Below, piece after piece: positions 52,921 through 64,000 of a stretch of 64,000 bases of DNA. The stretch covers positions 17,546,001 through 17,610,000 of the forward strand of contig OX597821.1 in assembly GCA_951406725.2 (NCBI GenBank), read 5' to 3'. Below the pieces are notes generated by a model, which saw nothing but the letters and a program-made list of their open reading frames with translations, made no database searches and was not told where the DNA came from. Positions within the stretch are counted from its first letter, which is position 1. Every line of letters starts with the position of its first letter. The DNA is from Octopus vulgaris. Taxonomy: Eukaryota. A program made the position numbers and the translations under genes.

Positions 52921-53625
52921 ATACATATATATACACACACACACTCACACATGGGTTTTGTGTTTCTGTGTACCACTGTCTCTGCATCACATGATTGTTG
53001 TAAATGAGCATCATTGTTATACAAGCGAGGTTGTTCATTTTAAGTCTTTTGTGAAAAATATGTCTGATCATGAGGAAATATTACCTTGCTTTTCTGGAAA
53101 CAGATGAGGACTAGCAACAGAAAAGATATCCAGCTGTAGAAAATCTGTCTCAGCAAATTCCATCTGATCCATGTGCAAACATTGGAAAGTGGATGTTGAA
53201 TAATGATAACCAATATGTCATTCCTTCTTTTATGAATATTGAGGTGTAAAAAGGTAAAATTGGTTGCTATTTCTAGCAGGTTGAGCAACCATATGGAAGC
53301 CTCTTCTGTTGTCTCACTTGATAGGTACCGGATTTTCTGAGAGAAATTTGCATGGATTGGTTATTAATTATAATATAAACCTGTTTCAGTCTCTAACCAT
53401 TAAGTGTGCTGCTTCCTCTCTCTCTGTCTCTCTTTTTCTCTCTCTCTGTCTTTTCCGATTTCTTTCTAAGTCTTTCTCCTTCTCTCTCCCTTTCTCCCAT
53501 TTTCCTAATCACTCCCTAATTCTCTCTCTCTTTCTCTCTCTTTCCTGCTCTCTCTTCCAGTCTTTCTGTTTCTCCCTCTCTCTTTCTGTCTTTTCCAATC
53601 TTTCTCTAACTCTCTCTCCCTCTAA

Positions 53626-53680
<55 letters not shown>

Positions 53681-53867
53681 CCTCCACATCTCAACTATGC
53701 CAGGGGGAAAAAAACCTCTCCAAAATCTGTATTTACCAAAAGATGAGATGGAATTAATGCTTAATATCACAAATTTGAATTCATCATGGAACAGGATTCA
53801 GTTGTTGAACCAAATGAATTACCTGCCCCTGAATTAACATAAAAGTGGATGAACATTTTGCAGACAT

Positions 53868-54251
53868 ACTCTCTTTTACTTGTTTCAGTCATTTGACTGC
53901 GGCCATGCTGGAGCACCGCCTTTAATCGAGCAACTCGACCCCGGGACTTATACTTTGTAAGCCCAGTACTTATTCTATTGGTCTCTTTTGCCGAACCGCT
54001 AAGTGACGGGGACATAAACACACCAGCATCGGTTGTCAAGCAATGCTAGGGGGACAAACACAGACACACAAACACACATACATATATATACATATATACG
54101 ACAGGCTTCTTTCAGTTTCCGCCTACCAAATCCACTCACAAGGCTTTGGTCGGCCCGCGGCTATAGTAGAAGACACTTGCCCAAGGTGCCACGCAGTGGG
54201 AGCGAACCCGGAACCATGTGGTTGGTAAACAAGCTACTTACCACACAGCCA
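53868..54251 (-). mobile_element. SINE family A
   Basis: Near full-length copy. Confidence 0.85.
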
Positions 54252-54409
54252 TGTACATTTAATGTAATTCTCAGGCAGAATAACTGATGCATAGTCTGTG
54301 CCTTTGCGTAAAACAGATACAATCCATCAAACGCTACATGTTGTGCCAAGAAAAACAAACGCTATTCAATACACACATAAAAGAAGTCCCACAAATAGAT
54401 ATAAGTATA

Positions 54410-56046
54410 CGAGGGTGGGCTGAAAAGATCTAAGGCTGGCTACAGAGGAGTGATGCTAGAGCTGTGAAATTTTGTATGCATTAATTTCGACTTATTAACT
54501 GCGTGGTTTCTTTCCAGGTAAATTGATATTTGACTGTTCAAAGAAGATTTCAAAAGTAACTAGTAGTGACTTCTCTTGTAAATGGACAAAATTTGGCATG
54601 ATGGTGTTATCAAATACCTACAGAAAAAGCATTTAGCCTTCAAGGACATTCATGCTGACATAGTTGCTACATTAGGGAATGATGCTCTAGTTTTATTAAT
54701 AGGCGCAGAAGTGGCTGTGTGGTTAGTAGCTTGCTAACCAACCACACGGTTCCGGGTTCAGTCCCACTGCGTGGCATCTTGGGCAAGTGTCTTCTGCTAT
54801 AGCCCCGGGCCAACCAATGCCTTGTGAGTGGATTTGGTAGACAGAAACTGAAAGAAGCCTGTCGTATATATGTATATATATGTATGTGTGTTTGTGTGTC
54901 TGTGTTTGTCCCCCTAGCATTGCTTGACAACCGATGCTGGTGTGTTTACGTCCCCGTCACTTAGCAGTTCGGCAAAAGAGACCGATAGAATAAGTACTGG
55001 GCTTACAAAGAATAAGTCCCGGGGTCGATTTGCTCGACTAAAGGCGGTGCTCCAGCATGGCCACAGTCAAATGACTGAAACAAGTAAAAGAGGGTAAAAG
55101 AGTGCAAAAGCGGGCAGCTGAATTTAGTAGGGGATGACCTAAGGTCAGGGCATCCTGCAACTGCTATGACCAAGGAAAACATTGATCATGTTCACCACAA
55201 TCAAATAGTGAATACTGTTGGCATATCCCTTGAGAGAGTTAATAATTTTCTGAGCAATGAACTTGGCATGATGAAGGGTTTTGCTCTGTGGCTGCCATGT
55301 CTTCTGAAACCTGATCAAAAGCACACCAGGCTGATCACATCACAGGAAAATTCGACATTGTTTGAGGCAGATCCAGCTGGTTTCCTTCGATGTTTCCTTA
55401 CCTGGAATGAGTGATCGACTCATCACTTTGAGTGAGAGACAAAAAGACAATCCATGCAGTGGAAACACCCCTCCTCACGTGCTCCAGAGAAGTCCAAGGT
55501 CATTCCATCTGCAGAAAAGGGAATGGCCTCAGTTTTTTGCATAAAGGCATTGTTTATTGACTATCTTCAAAAGGATCACACCATCAACAGAAAGTACTAT
55601 ACCAACTTGCTGGGGCAGTTACAAAGGGCTATCAAGATGAAACACCCAGGAAAACTAACAAAAGGGCTCTTGTTTCATCAGGACAGTGCTCTAGCACACA
55701 AGTCTTTGGCTTCAATGGCTGTTTTGCATGACTGTAGCATTGAACTGATAGAGTACCCTTCTTGTTCTCCTGATTTGGCCTCATCTGACTACTATCATTT
55801 GTTCCCTACCATGAAAAAACACTTGGCCTGGAACCAGTATCACAGTGATGATGATGCTATATCTGCTGTTGATGATTTTTTTGACTAACAGGATGAAATC
55901 TTCTTCACTAATGGGATTCAAGCACTGCAATACTGATGGAAGAAGTGGGTGGACTGCAATGGGGTCTACGTTGAAATATAAACCCCTTTTGGTCACATTC
56001 CATGAGAGTCTCTTGGTCACCCTATAAACTTGACAGCTGACACTTG
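54410..56046 (+). mobile_element. Decayed mariner interrupted by SINE A (54702-55103, +)
   Basis: TA|cgagggtgggctgaaaag left end. Remnants QWKHPSS, LFHQDSALAH and SPDLASSDYYHLFPTMK. Confidence 0.85.
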
Positions 56047-56065
56047 TATGCAGGTACATATTGAA

Positions 56066-56292
56066 GGTGGCGAGCTGGCAGAGACGTTAGCACCCTGGGC
56101 GAAATGCTTAGCAGTATTTCGTCTACCGCTACGTTCTGAGTTCAAATTCCGCCGAGGTCGACTTTGCCTTTCATCCTTTCGGGGTCGATTAAATAAGTAC
56201 CAGTTATGCACTGGGGTCGATATAATCGACTTAATCCGTTTGTCCTTGTTCGTCCCCTCTGTGTTTAGCCCCTTGTGGGTAGTAAAGAAATA
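56066..56292 (+). mobile_element. SINE family C
   Basis: Full-length, low-divergence copy. Confidence 0.82.
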
Positions 56293-57015
56293 GGTACATA
56301 TTGTTATATACACAACCAATCAAAGAAACTCTTAACATATATAGCCATACACATACATTTATAGATACATACATGCATGCATCTATCCATCCATTCACAC
56401 ACACACACGCACGCACACATACACATGATGATGATGATGATACAAAGAACCACTTTTTACATTCGTGATAGTCAGACTCATATTTTGATTATATGACTAC
56501 TTGGTCTAGGTCGTCCTGGGACTAAACAACATCAACTATACGTATTGATTCATGTAGAATTAAGAATACAAAGCGCAAAACAGAGTAGATTTGACTACAT
56601 TGTTTACAAACAGTTCTGTCCAATTATCTTATTTATTCCCTCTGCCATTTCCCTTTTCCAAGTTCTTTGTAGCATTATGATATTCATGTGAATTCTTCAT
56701 TCATAGTTTCAGATAAAACCCCACTTGATTTACTTTAATGAGTCTGCTGATTTCATATTCTAAGTACTTCACTAATGAATTTCAAGTGTTTATTCTGCCA
56801 AAAACAGTCAAAGTACTCGTGTCTAATCAATAGCTTATATACTATCCCTTCCTCTTAAGAAAATGATTTTTCATATCAATAATCAGAGTCAATGTAGTTA
56901 CGGTGAAGCTAAACTCTTTTATATGGATGTATGTGCCTATGACCTTGTGTGTACCGTTGGCGATTTTTTTTTTTTTTCCTCTGTCTTCCCTTCTCTGGAT
57001 CTTTCCTTCCCCTAT

Positions 57016-57050
57016 GTTTCCGACGAAGAGCTCTGCTCGAAACGTTAAAC
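57016..57050 (+). ncRNA. Candidate minimal hammerhead ribozyme (U4C core)
   Basis: GTTT-CCGACGA-A-GAGC(tct)GCTC-GAAA-CG-TT-AAAC within a unit of about 220 bp bounded by tatgtgcctat direct repeats (56930 and 57148). Confidence 0.5.
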
Positions 57051-57672
57051 CCTCCTTCTTCCCTTCTTTCCTGAGCGTCCAATAATACTATATTTGTTCC
57101 ATGTCCTTGCGTTGTGTTTTTTTGTGTTTTCTTGTTTGGATTAACTTTATGTGCCTATATAGTTGTCTAAGGCAGTATATTGGCATAGTTATCAGAGTGT
57201 TGTATAGAATACCTCACAGTATTTGTTACAACTTTCTACACTCTGATTTCAAATCCCTCTAAACCCAACTTTAATTTTTAACTTTTTGCACTTGATAAAA
57301 AAAAGTGCCAATCCAGGGAACTGGATTAGCAGTACTGCTATTAGAGTATCTGAACCAATGCTTTGCCGTATTGCTTCTAACCCTGCAATATCTGATAGCA
57401 GTACCTGCACCACCACTCATCCAGGCTGTACTGGTCCAAAGGCAGCAACCATTCCCTTTGATAATATTAGTAGAGTAAAGAAGGGAAATTTTCATGCTTG
57501 AATAAATGTCAGTCTTCTGCAAAAAACAATAATAAAAAAAATAAATTTGCCCATGCCTTTACATACATGTGCAGACACATTATTAACACTGATTAGCAGA
57601 GACCCCAGAATCTAACTGCCTATTTTGAAAAAATAGCTTGTTGTTCTCTCCCTCTCCCCACCTCATTAGTTA

Positions 57673-58016
57673 AGTCCCACTGCGTGGCATCTTGGGCAAG
57701 TGTCTTCTGCTATAGCCCCGGGCCAACCAATGCCTTGTGAGTGGATTTGGTAGACGGAAACTGAAAGAAGCCTGTCGTATATATGTATATATATATATAT
57801 GTGTGTGTGTGTATTTGTGCGTCTGTGTTTGTCCCCCTAGCATTGCTTGACAACCGATGCTGGTGTGTTTACGTCCCCGTCACTTAGCGGTTCGGCAAAA
57901 GAGACCGATAGAATAAGTACTGGGCTTACAAAGAATAAGTCCCGGGGTTGATTTGATCGACTAAAGGCGGTGCTCCAGCATGACCGCAGTCAAATGACTG
58001 AAACAAGTAAAAGAGT
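57673..58016 (+). mobile_element. SINE family A, 5'-truncated
   Basis: Begins at the B-box region and has an intact tail. Confidence 0.85.
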
Positions 58017-58561
58017 ATACTGTAGCATAAATATTTTTTCTTTCTTGCTGTTCAGTTTTAAGTTTAACTTGGTTACCATATCAACAATTAGTTTTGTCTT
58101 GTTTCTTAAATTCAAAAAGATTTTCAAATCTTGTAATTTTTTGAGATGGGTTTATTTTTTTTTTTCATATCTGAATATCTTTGTAACTTTCATGCCATAA
58201 AATGTTATTTGCTACAGTGTCTAAGTGAATAGTTCATTTTTCATGTTTGCATGGAAGTAGTTCTGTTAAAACCTGTGAGAATCAGTGGAAATGGCTATTA
58301 TTTGAAGATTTATTTTAAAAATTCCTACTGCACTGTCAGCTTCAAATCCAGGTTCCAGAGGTCTGGACGATATTTATTTCTTTATTTTCCACAGGGAGCT
58401 AAACATAGAGGAGACAAACAAGGACAGACAAAGGTATTGAGCACATTTCATCAACCCCAGTGCATAACTGGTATTTATTTAAATTTAATCGACCCTGAAA
58501 GGATGAAAGGCAAAGTTGAAATACCGCTAAGCATTTCGCCTGGTGTGCTAATGATTCTGCC

Positions 58562-58934
58562 GTGGAGGCACAATGGCCCAGTGGTTAGGGCAGCGGACAC
58601 GCGATCGTAGGATCGCGGTTTCAACTCCCAGACCAGGCGTTGTGAGTGTTTATTGAGCGAAAACACCTAAAGCTCCACGAGGCTCCGGCAGGGATGGTGG
58701 TACTCTTTCACCACAACTTTCTCTCACTCTTACTTCCTGTTTCTGTTGTACCTATATTTCAAAGGGCCGGCCTTGTCACTCTCTGTGTCACACTGAATAT
58801 CCCCGAGAACTACGTTAAGAGTACACGTGTCTGTGGAGTGTTCAGCCACTTACACGTTAATTTCACGAGCAGGCTGTTCCGTTGATCAGATCAACCGGAA
58901 CCCTCATCGTCGTAACCAACGGAGTGCTTCCCAG
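58562..58934 (+). mobile_element. SINE family B (tail type 2) inserted into a minus-strand SINE C
   Basis: 10-bp TSD tgattctgcc (58552 and 58935) and a tRNA-like head. Confidence 0.85.
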
Positions 58935-59350
58935 TGATTCTGCCAGCTCACCACCCTTGAGATGTGGACAATATTGACTTTGGAGCTGTAAAATTGTGCT
59001 TATATTCTACATCAGTTTTATTTTGTCATGTTGTTGTTTTAGTGTTTCTCCTGTTATTGTAGTGTTTCATCTCTTGTATACGAGTTGTGTAATTTTGTTT
59101 GTTATGTTTAGAGTGTGTGCTTTGTGGCTTGGGTTAGTATTAAACGGTGTGTATTTTGTGTATTGGGTTATAGTACATGTTTTTTGTATCACGAGGTGAT
59201 TGTGTTGTGTGGGTTGGGTTATATTCTTGAGTAGAGATTGTTAGAATATATGTTATGTGAGTTTGTTTATCAATTTGTGGGATGAGGTGTCTAGCATTGG
59301 ATGTAGGTCATATATAACAATATTATCATAATTCTTTTTATTATTTGTAG

Positions 59351-59473
59351 TGCACAAAAGACCGGTGCTGATGACTCTAATATTGATGAAGTCTGCAAAC
59401 TGTTAAGAAGTACTGGATTTTCAAATGCTGCTGGAGCCAAGCGACCACCCAAATATCCAGAGTCATTTTTCGG
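59351..59473 (+). CDS. WASHC5: Strumpellin internal exon, 123 nt
   Basis: Acceptor tttgtag and donor gtaatg. The first T completes AG|T (Ser). Encodes [40 protein letters not shown](G), compare [32 protein letters not shown]. Confidence 0.95.
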
Positions 59474-59633
59474 GTAATGTTCATTATATGCACCACATTT
59501 TCCCTTAGGGATATTTTACTCTTAAAATTTGTTCCAATATTCTTTTATTCTTTTACACTTTATATGTTGAGACATTTACTCCAATAAATATTGTAGGAAA
59601 GAATATGTTTTCATCTAAAACATTTATACCTTA

Positions 59634-60030
59634 CTCGCAGTATTGCCCGACATTGCTCGGGTTTGTAAGGGAAATAACTATATAAGCATTTTTAGAGAGT
59701 TATAGCCAAAAATTAGCAAAAAAATGCATTAAAAATGGAAAAAAAAATGATGGTAATTTTTTTTTTTAAATCGTTGACACATCGTAGACATTTTTAGAGA
59801 GTTACTTCCCTTATATAATGGCGAAAAAAATGCATTAAAATGGAAAAAAATGATGGTAAATTTTTTTTTAAATCGTAGACTCATCGTAGACGCTAATACC
59901 CAGAAGGGCTCGATATGAATCACGACTATAGGATACCCGCTTTTGGTTAAACTGCACCGCAAAATGTGGGAGTAGTTAGGAATCTAAATCATAGGAGACA
60001 GACTTACAACTTGACTTTTATATATAAAGA
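59634..60030 (-). mobile_element. Non-autonomous Helitron
   Basis: Reverse-complement homolog of 25028-25422. Confidence 0.85.
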
Positions 60031-60242
60031 TAAGAATGTGGTTTAATGTAGTATAAAAATATTTCTCACTGTTTCTTTTTATCAATTCTCTTCCTATACA
60101 TTATTTATGCGTATACAGAGGGAGAAGAAAGATTGAATCAGAAGTTCTGCAGTGATGCTACCTGTTCTACAACCCTGGATTTAGAAATAATTGTAATTGG
60201 GGAATTTAGTGTTGGTATGTTTAGGCACTGATCAATTCCTAA

Positions 60243-60281
<39 letters not shown>

Positions 60282-60346
60282 CGAAGTAAACACATAAATG
60301 TGAAACAAGGTGGAAAAAAGAGTACTCAAATACCAGTGGTAGAGTA

Positions 60347-60540
60347 ATATGCTTTATTTAAAGCAGCAGAAAATTCAACAAAATCTGTTGCTCTGAGTTT
60401 CTCGTTGCCGTTCATCAGACAGTTTTTGTTAGAATGGAACCGATCGGTTCCATTCTAACAAAAACTGTCTGATGAACGGCAACGAGAAACTCAGAGCAAC
60501 AGATTTTGTTGAATTTTCTGCTGCTTTAAATAAAGCATAT
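60347..60540. repeat. Perfect spacer-less 194-bp palindrome with two inverted hammerhead motifs
   Basis: Centre at 60443/60444. The + strand motif CTGT-CTGATGA-ACG(gcaa)CGA-GAAA-CTCAGAG-CA-ACAG is at 60465-60502. Confidence 0.9.
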
Positions 60541-60563
60541 ATATATATATATATATACACACA

Positions 60564-60609
<46 letters not shown>

Positions 60610-61324
60610 ACACACACACGCACACACACACACACACACATTTAAACTGTGTGTGAGCATGTGTTGTAACCTGTTGGCCTGGAACTCAGACAGGAAAGAA
60701 ACAGATGACATGAGAGGAAAACTCACCATGATGACAGATGGACATTAGCATATGATTACTGAATGGTTGGATGGTGAGTAACTGATCATCCATTGTACAA
60801 ACACACAAACAAATACACACCTACATGTACAAACCTTTAAGCCATCAGCCAGTAGAAACACTTAGGAATGAGAATGGTTGTGAAGGGATATTAGTTCTAT
60901 GTTTACTATCTCTAAAACTAGAATAAAAATAGTTTCACTATTCTTCATCTTTCCAAGTTTTCCGCTGGCTCGTGACTTATGACCTGTACGTGTGGCTGTG
61001 TGTGTATGTGTTGTTTATATGATGGTCAATCAACTATTCATTGTCCTTCTCCTCATCTGCTGTCTCAGCAAGTTCTCTTTCCATGTCACCCTTGTTATGT
61101 AACCCTTTATGTAACCCTTGTTACATAACCCTTTATGTAACCCTTGTTATGTAACCCTTGTTAAGTCTATTATATTTAATATACATTAAAACTTTTGATG
61201 AACAGGCAAAATGATTTTTTTTTATGATTTCAATATATATGTTTCGTCTTCAGTGAGGTGCACAAATAGGGCAGCAACATCATTTGATTGTTAGTCTGGG
61301 ATTTGTGGAAAGTTGTTAGCACTA

Positions 61325-61746
61325 AGAGCACCATCCGAGCATGATTACTGCCAGAGCAGCTGATTGGCTTCCATGCTGGAGGCACATAAAAAGCACCATT
61401 CAAACATGATCATTACCAGTGTTGCCTTACTGGCACTTGAAAAAGCATTCAAGTGAGGTTGTTGCCAGTGCTGCTGGACTGGTTGCTGTGCAGGTGGCAC
61501 GTAAAAAACACCACTTGAGCATGACCATTGCCAGTACTGCCTGACTGGCCCTCATGCCAGTGGCACGTAAAAGCATCCACTACACTCTCAGAGTGGTTAG
61601 CGTTAGGAAGGGCATCCAGCTGTAGAAACTCTGCCAGATCAGATTGGAGTTTGGTGCAGCCATCTGGTTCGCCAGTCCTCAGTCAAATCGGCCAACCCAT
61701 GCTAGTATGAAAAGCAAACGTTAAATGGTGATGATGGTGATGATGA
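61325..61746 (+). mobile_element. RTE 3'-UTR fragment
   Basis: Four gtggcacgtaaaagcacc-type units and a (gat)n tail. Confidence 0.75.
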
Positions 61747-61774
61747 ATTTAGCACAGATAAGTATTTTTTTTTT

Positions 61775-61945
61775 TTGAGGGATTTTGATTATTTTGTATA
61801 TTTCAAGTGCCTGTTTCATTCTTGGGTCTTGTCTCAGCAGTGGAATGACCTGCTGGATAATGTTGTAAACCTGTGTTTTGGGAGTCATATGTTGTAATAA
61901 GGATAGAGTATTGGGTATGTCTGAAGTGTTTTTAATTTTCATAGT
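61775..61945 (-). pseudogene. Possible Penelope-like ORF remnant
   Basis: ITTY..(frameshift)PKTQVYNIIQQVIPLLRQDPRMKQALEIYKIIK resembles the post-RT linker of Penelope-like elements. Short and judged by eye only. Confidence 0.4.
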
Positions 61946-63616
61946 TCTTGAATATCTATTACATAGAGGATTACATAGATCAAACAAAACTTACTTCCAG
62001 AAACAGACTGACTATTCATCAACAAATACAAAAACCAGTACTAGGCAAATCCCACTGAGTAGGTACATAGAAATATGTGCAAAAAATAAGTCCCCCAAAT
62101 TCCAACATTTCTCTCTTTACCTTTGTTCCATCAGTACCACAGATCAAATACGAATAAATAAAAAATATATTCATACAAAAGTGCAAATCGTGACTGAATA
62201 AACTTTAACAAAGTACAAACCATTTGAGGTTAAAATAAACATAAAATAATGTTTTATAGAGTGTCTATTTATTTCTGTCACGTCTGTGTATATATATAAC
62301 ATGATCCGCCTGACTGGCTCCTGTGCCGGTGGCATGTAAAAAACACCATCCAAACATGGCCGATGCCAGTACCATCTGATTGCACACACACACACCCTCC
62401 TCCATGCGGGTGGCACGTAAAATGCAACCTCCGAATGTGATCGTTGCAAGGCCCGCCTGACACATAAAAGGCATTTTCAATACAGGAGATTAAAATTTCA
62501 CCCAAAAAACATGTTCTCAATATTTTAATTTTCTCCCTCCCCACCCCAAAAATTCTTTATTTTTACTTCTTTCCAAATTTTTTCCTTGGTAATCCATGGA
62601 GTAAAAAAAAAAACAGAGTATGAATCTTTAAAAATTTTCTTCTTTCTTTTTTCTTCAAGAATCACTAAAATCTCCTTCCCAAACATCCACCAATCACCTT
62701 ACCACTTTCACAAAGCCACAAACTCCCAATGTTTCACTTTTAGCTTTTTTGGAAGGCGGGGAATTTTCCTCAAAAATAATGTTGTTTACCTGTTGTTTCT
62801 AGCATGTCGGGTTTTCTGGTGGTGGTTTGGTATTTTTTTATGTCTGTTATTTCAGGCATAAAATATGCCTGAAACATCAGAGAAAAATGAAACAATGAGA
62901 GATTTTAGCTTTTTGGAAGCAGGTAGGTGATGGGTGGACAAGGGAGGAGAAGGAACATTGAGTTCCTTTAATTTAAGAAAAATTAAACTTTTAAAAAATA
63001 TATATATTTCCCAGATTCATAATCTCTGTATTTTTCTACATAGATAAAAACAAAATATTTGAAGAAAGTTACAAATTAAAAAATTGTGGTGGGGATGCGG
63101 GGGGAGGGGGAATTAAAATTTTGAAAATGTGATTTCTGGGCAAAATCATATTAACCCCTTGTATATGATGAAACAATACAGAAAGCATTTTCATGCAAAA
63201 CCATGCAGATTGTACCCTCCCTCCTTGACTTTTTAACACACAATAACTTTCATTAGGCTAGTAATCCAGTTCACCATATATCAGCTGTGCCAATTCTGCC
63301 CATAAGAAAGGAACAAATAATACAATGTGGCTGTAGGTCATAACACATGGGCAACACATTGCTGGGTTTTTTTTATATATATATATGTATAGTAAAAAAA
63401 ATTTTGTTGAAAATATTTTTTCCATGTAGTCATTTGTAGTAAAAAAAATATATAATAAAAGAAGGAAAATGTATACAATTTATATATTTTTAGAGTATTA
63501 TGATAGTCAACCGGTTTCACATCTTGCTAATCATGACATTGAAATTGGTGAAAATATTGTTTGTATTGGTGAAAATAAAGTTTGTATTTTCTTAAGAAGT
63601 TTTTAGTCCATGTTGC

Positions 63617-63666
<50 letters not shown>

Positions 63667-63668
<2 letters not shown>

Positions 63669-63959
63669 CACGATCACTTGACCGACCAGACCATCAGATG
63701 TTGCTACACATCGCTGGTCACAATGCGTTCGCATTGTTTTAGCCTTCGAACGATGTCACCCCGCTGGCTAAGTGAGCAAGCCAACAGAAGAAAGAGTGGT
63801 GAAAGAGTACAGCAGGGATCACCACCCCCTGCCGGAGCCTCGTGGAGCTTTTAGGTGTTTTCGCTCAATAAACACTCACAACGCCCAGTCTGGGAATCGA
63901 AACCGCGATCCTACAACCGCGAGTCCGCTACCCTAACCACTGGGCCATTGCGCCTCCAC
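63667..63959 (-). mobile_element. SINE family B (tail type 1) in (TA)n
   Basis: Near-identical to 757-1056. Confidence 0.85.
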
Positions 63960-64000
63960 ATATATATATATATATATATAAAGTTGAAAACATGGTCTGA

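Overview
Eukaryotic, AT-rich, repeat-dominated DNA. The SINE, RTE and Helitron families look like those of an octopod cephalopod (inferred, not verified). The window lies almost entirely inside one + strand host gene. Three small exons (29476-29560, 43960-44060, 59351-59473) splice in frame and encode an N-terminal part of strumpellin (WASHC5/KIAA0196); they are separated by introns of about 14-15 kb and were missed by the ORF track. The introns contain tRNA-derived SINEs (at least 3 families), a near-intact APE-RT LINE with one nonsense codon, RTE fragments, a full-length IR/DR Tc1 element, decayed mariners, MITEs, non-autonomous Helitrons and microsatellites. The most unusual signal is a set of short non-coding elements, mostly in or beside (TA)n tracts and often folded back into long palindromes, that carry hammerhead-ribozyme motifs of several sequence families. 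These include a canonical one and variant cores such as a swapped G3:C8 pair, and they look like Penelope-like or retrozyme-like elements. Almost all ORFs in the supplied track are spurious repeat translations.
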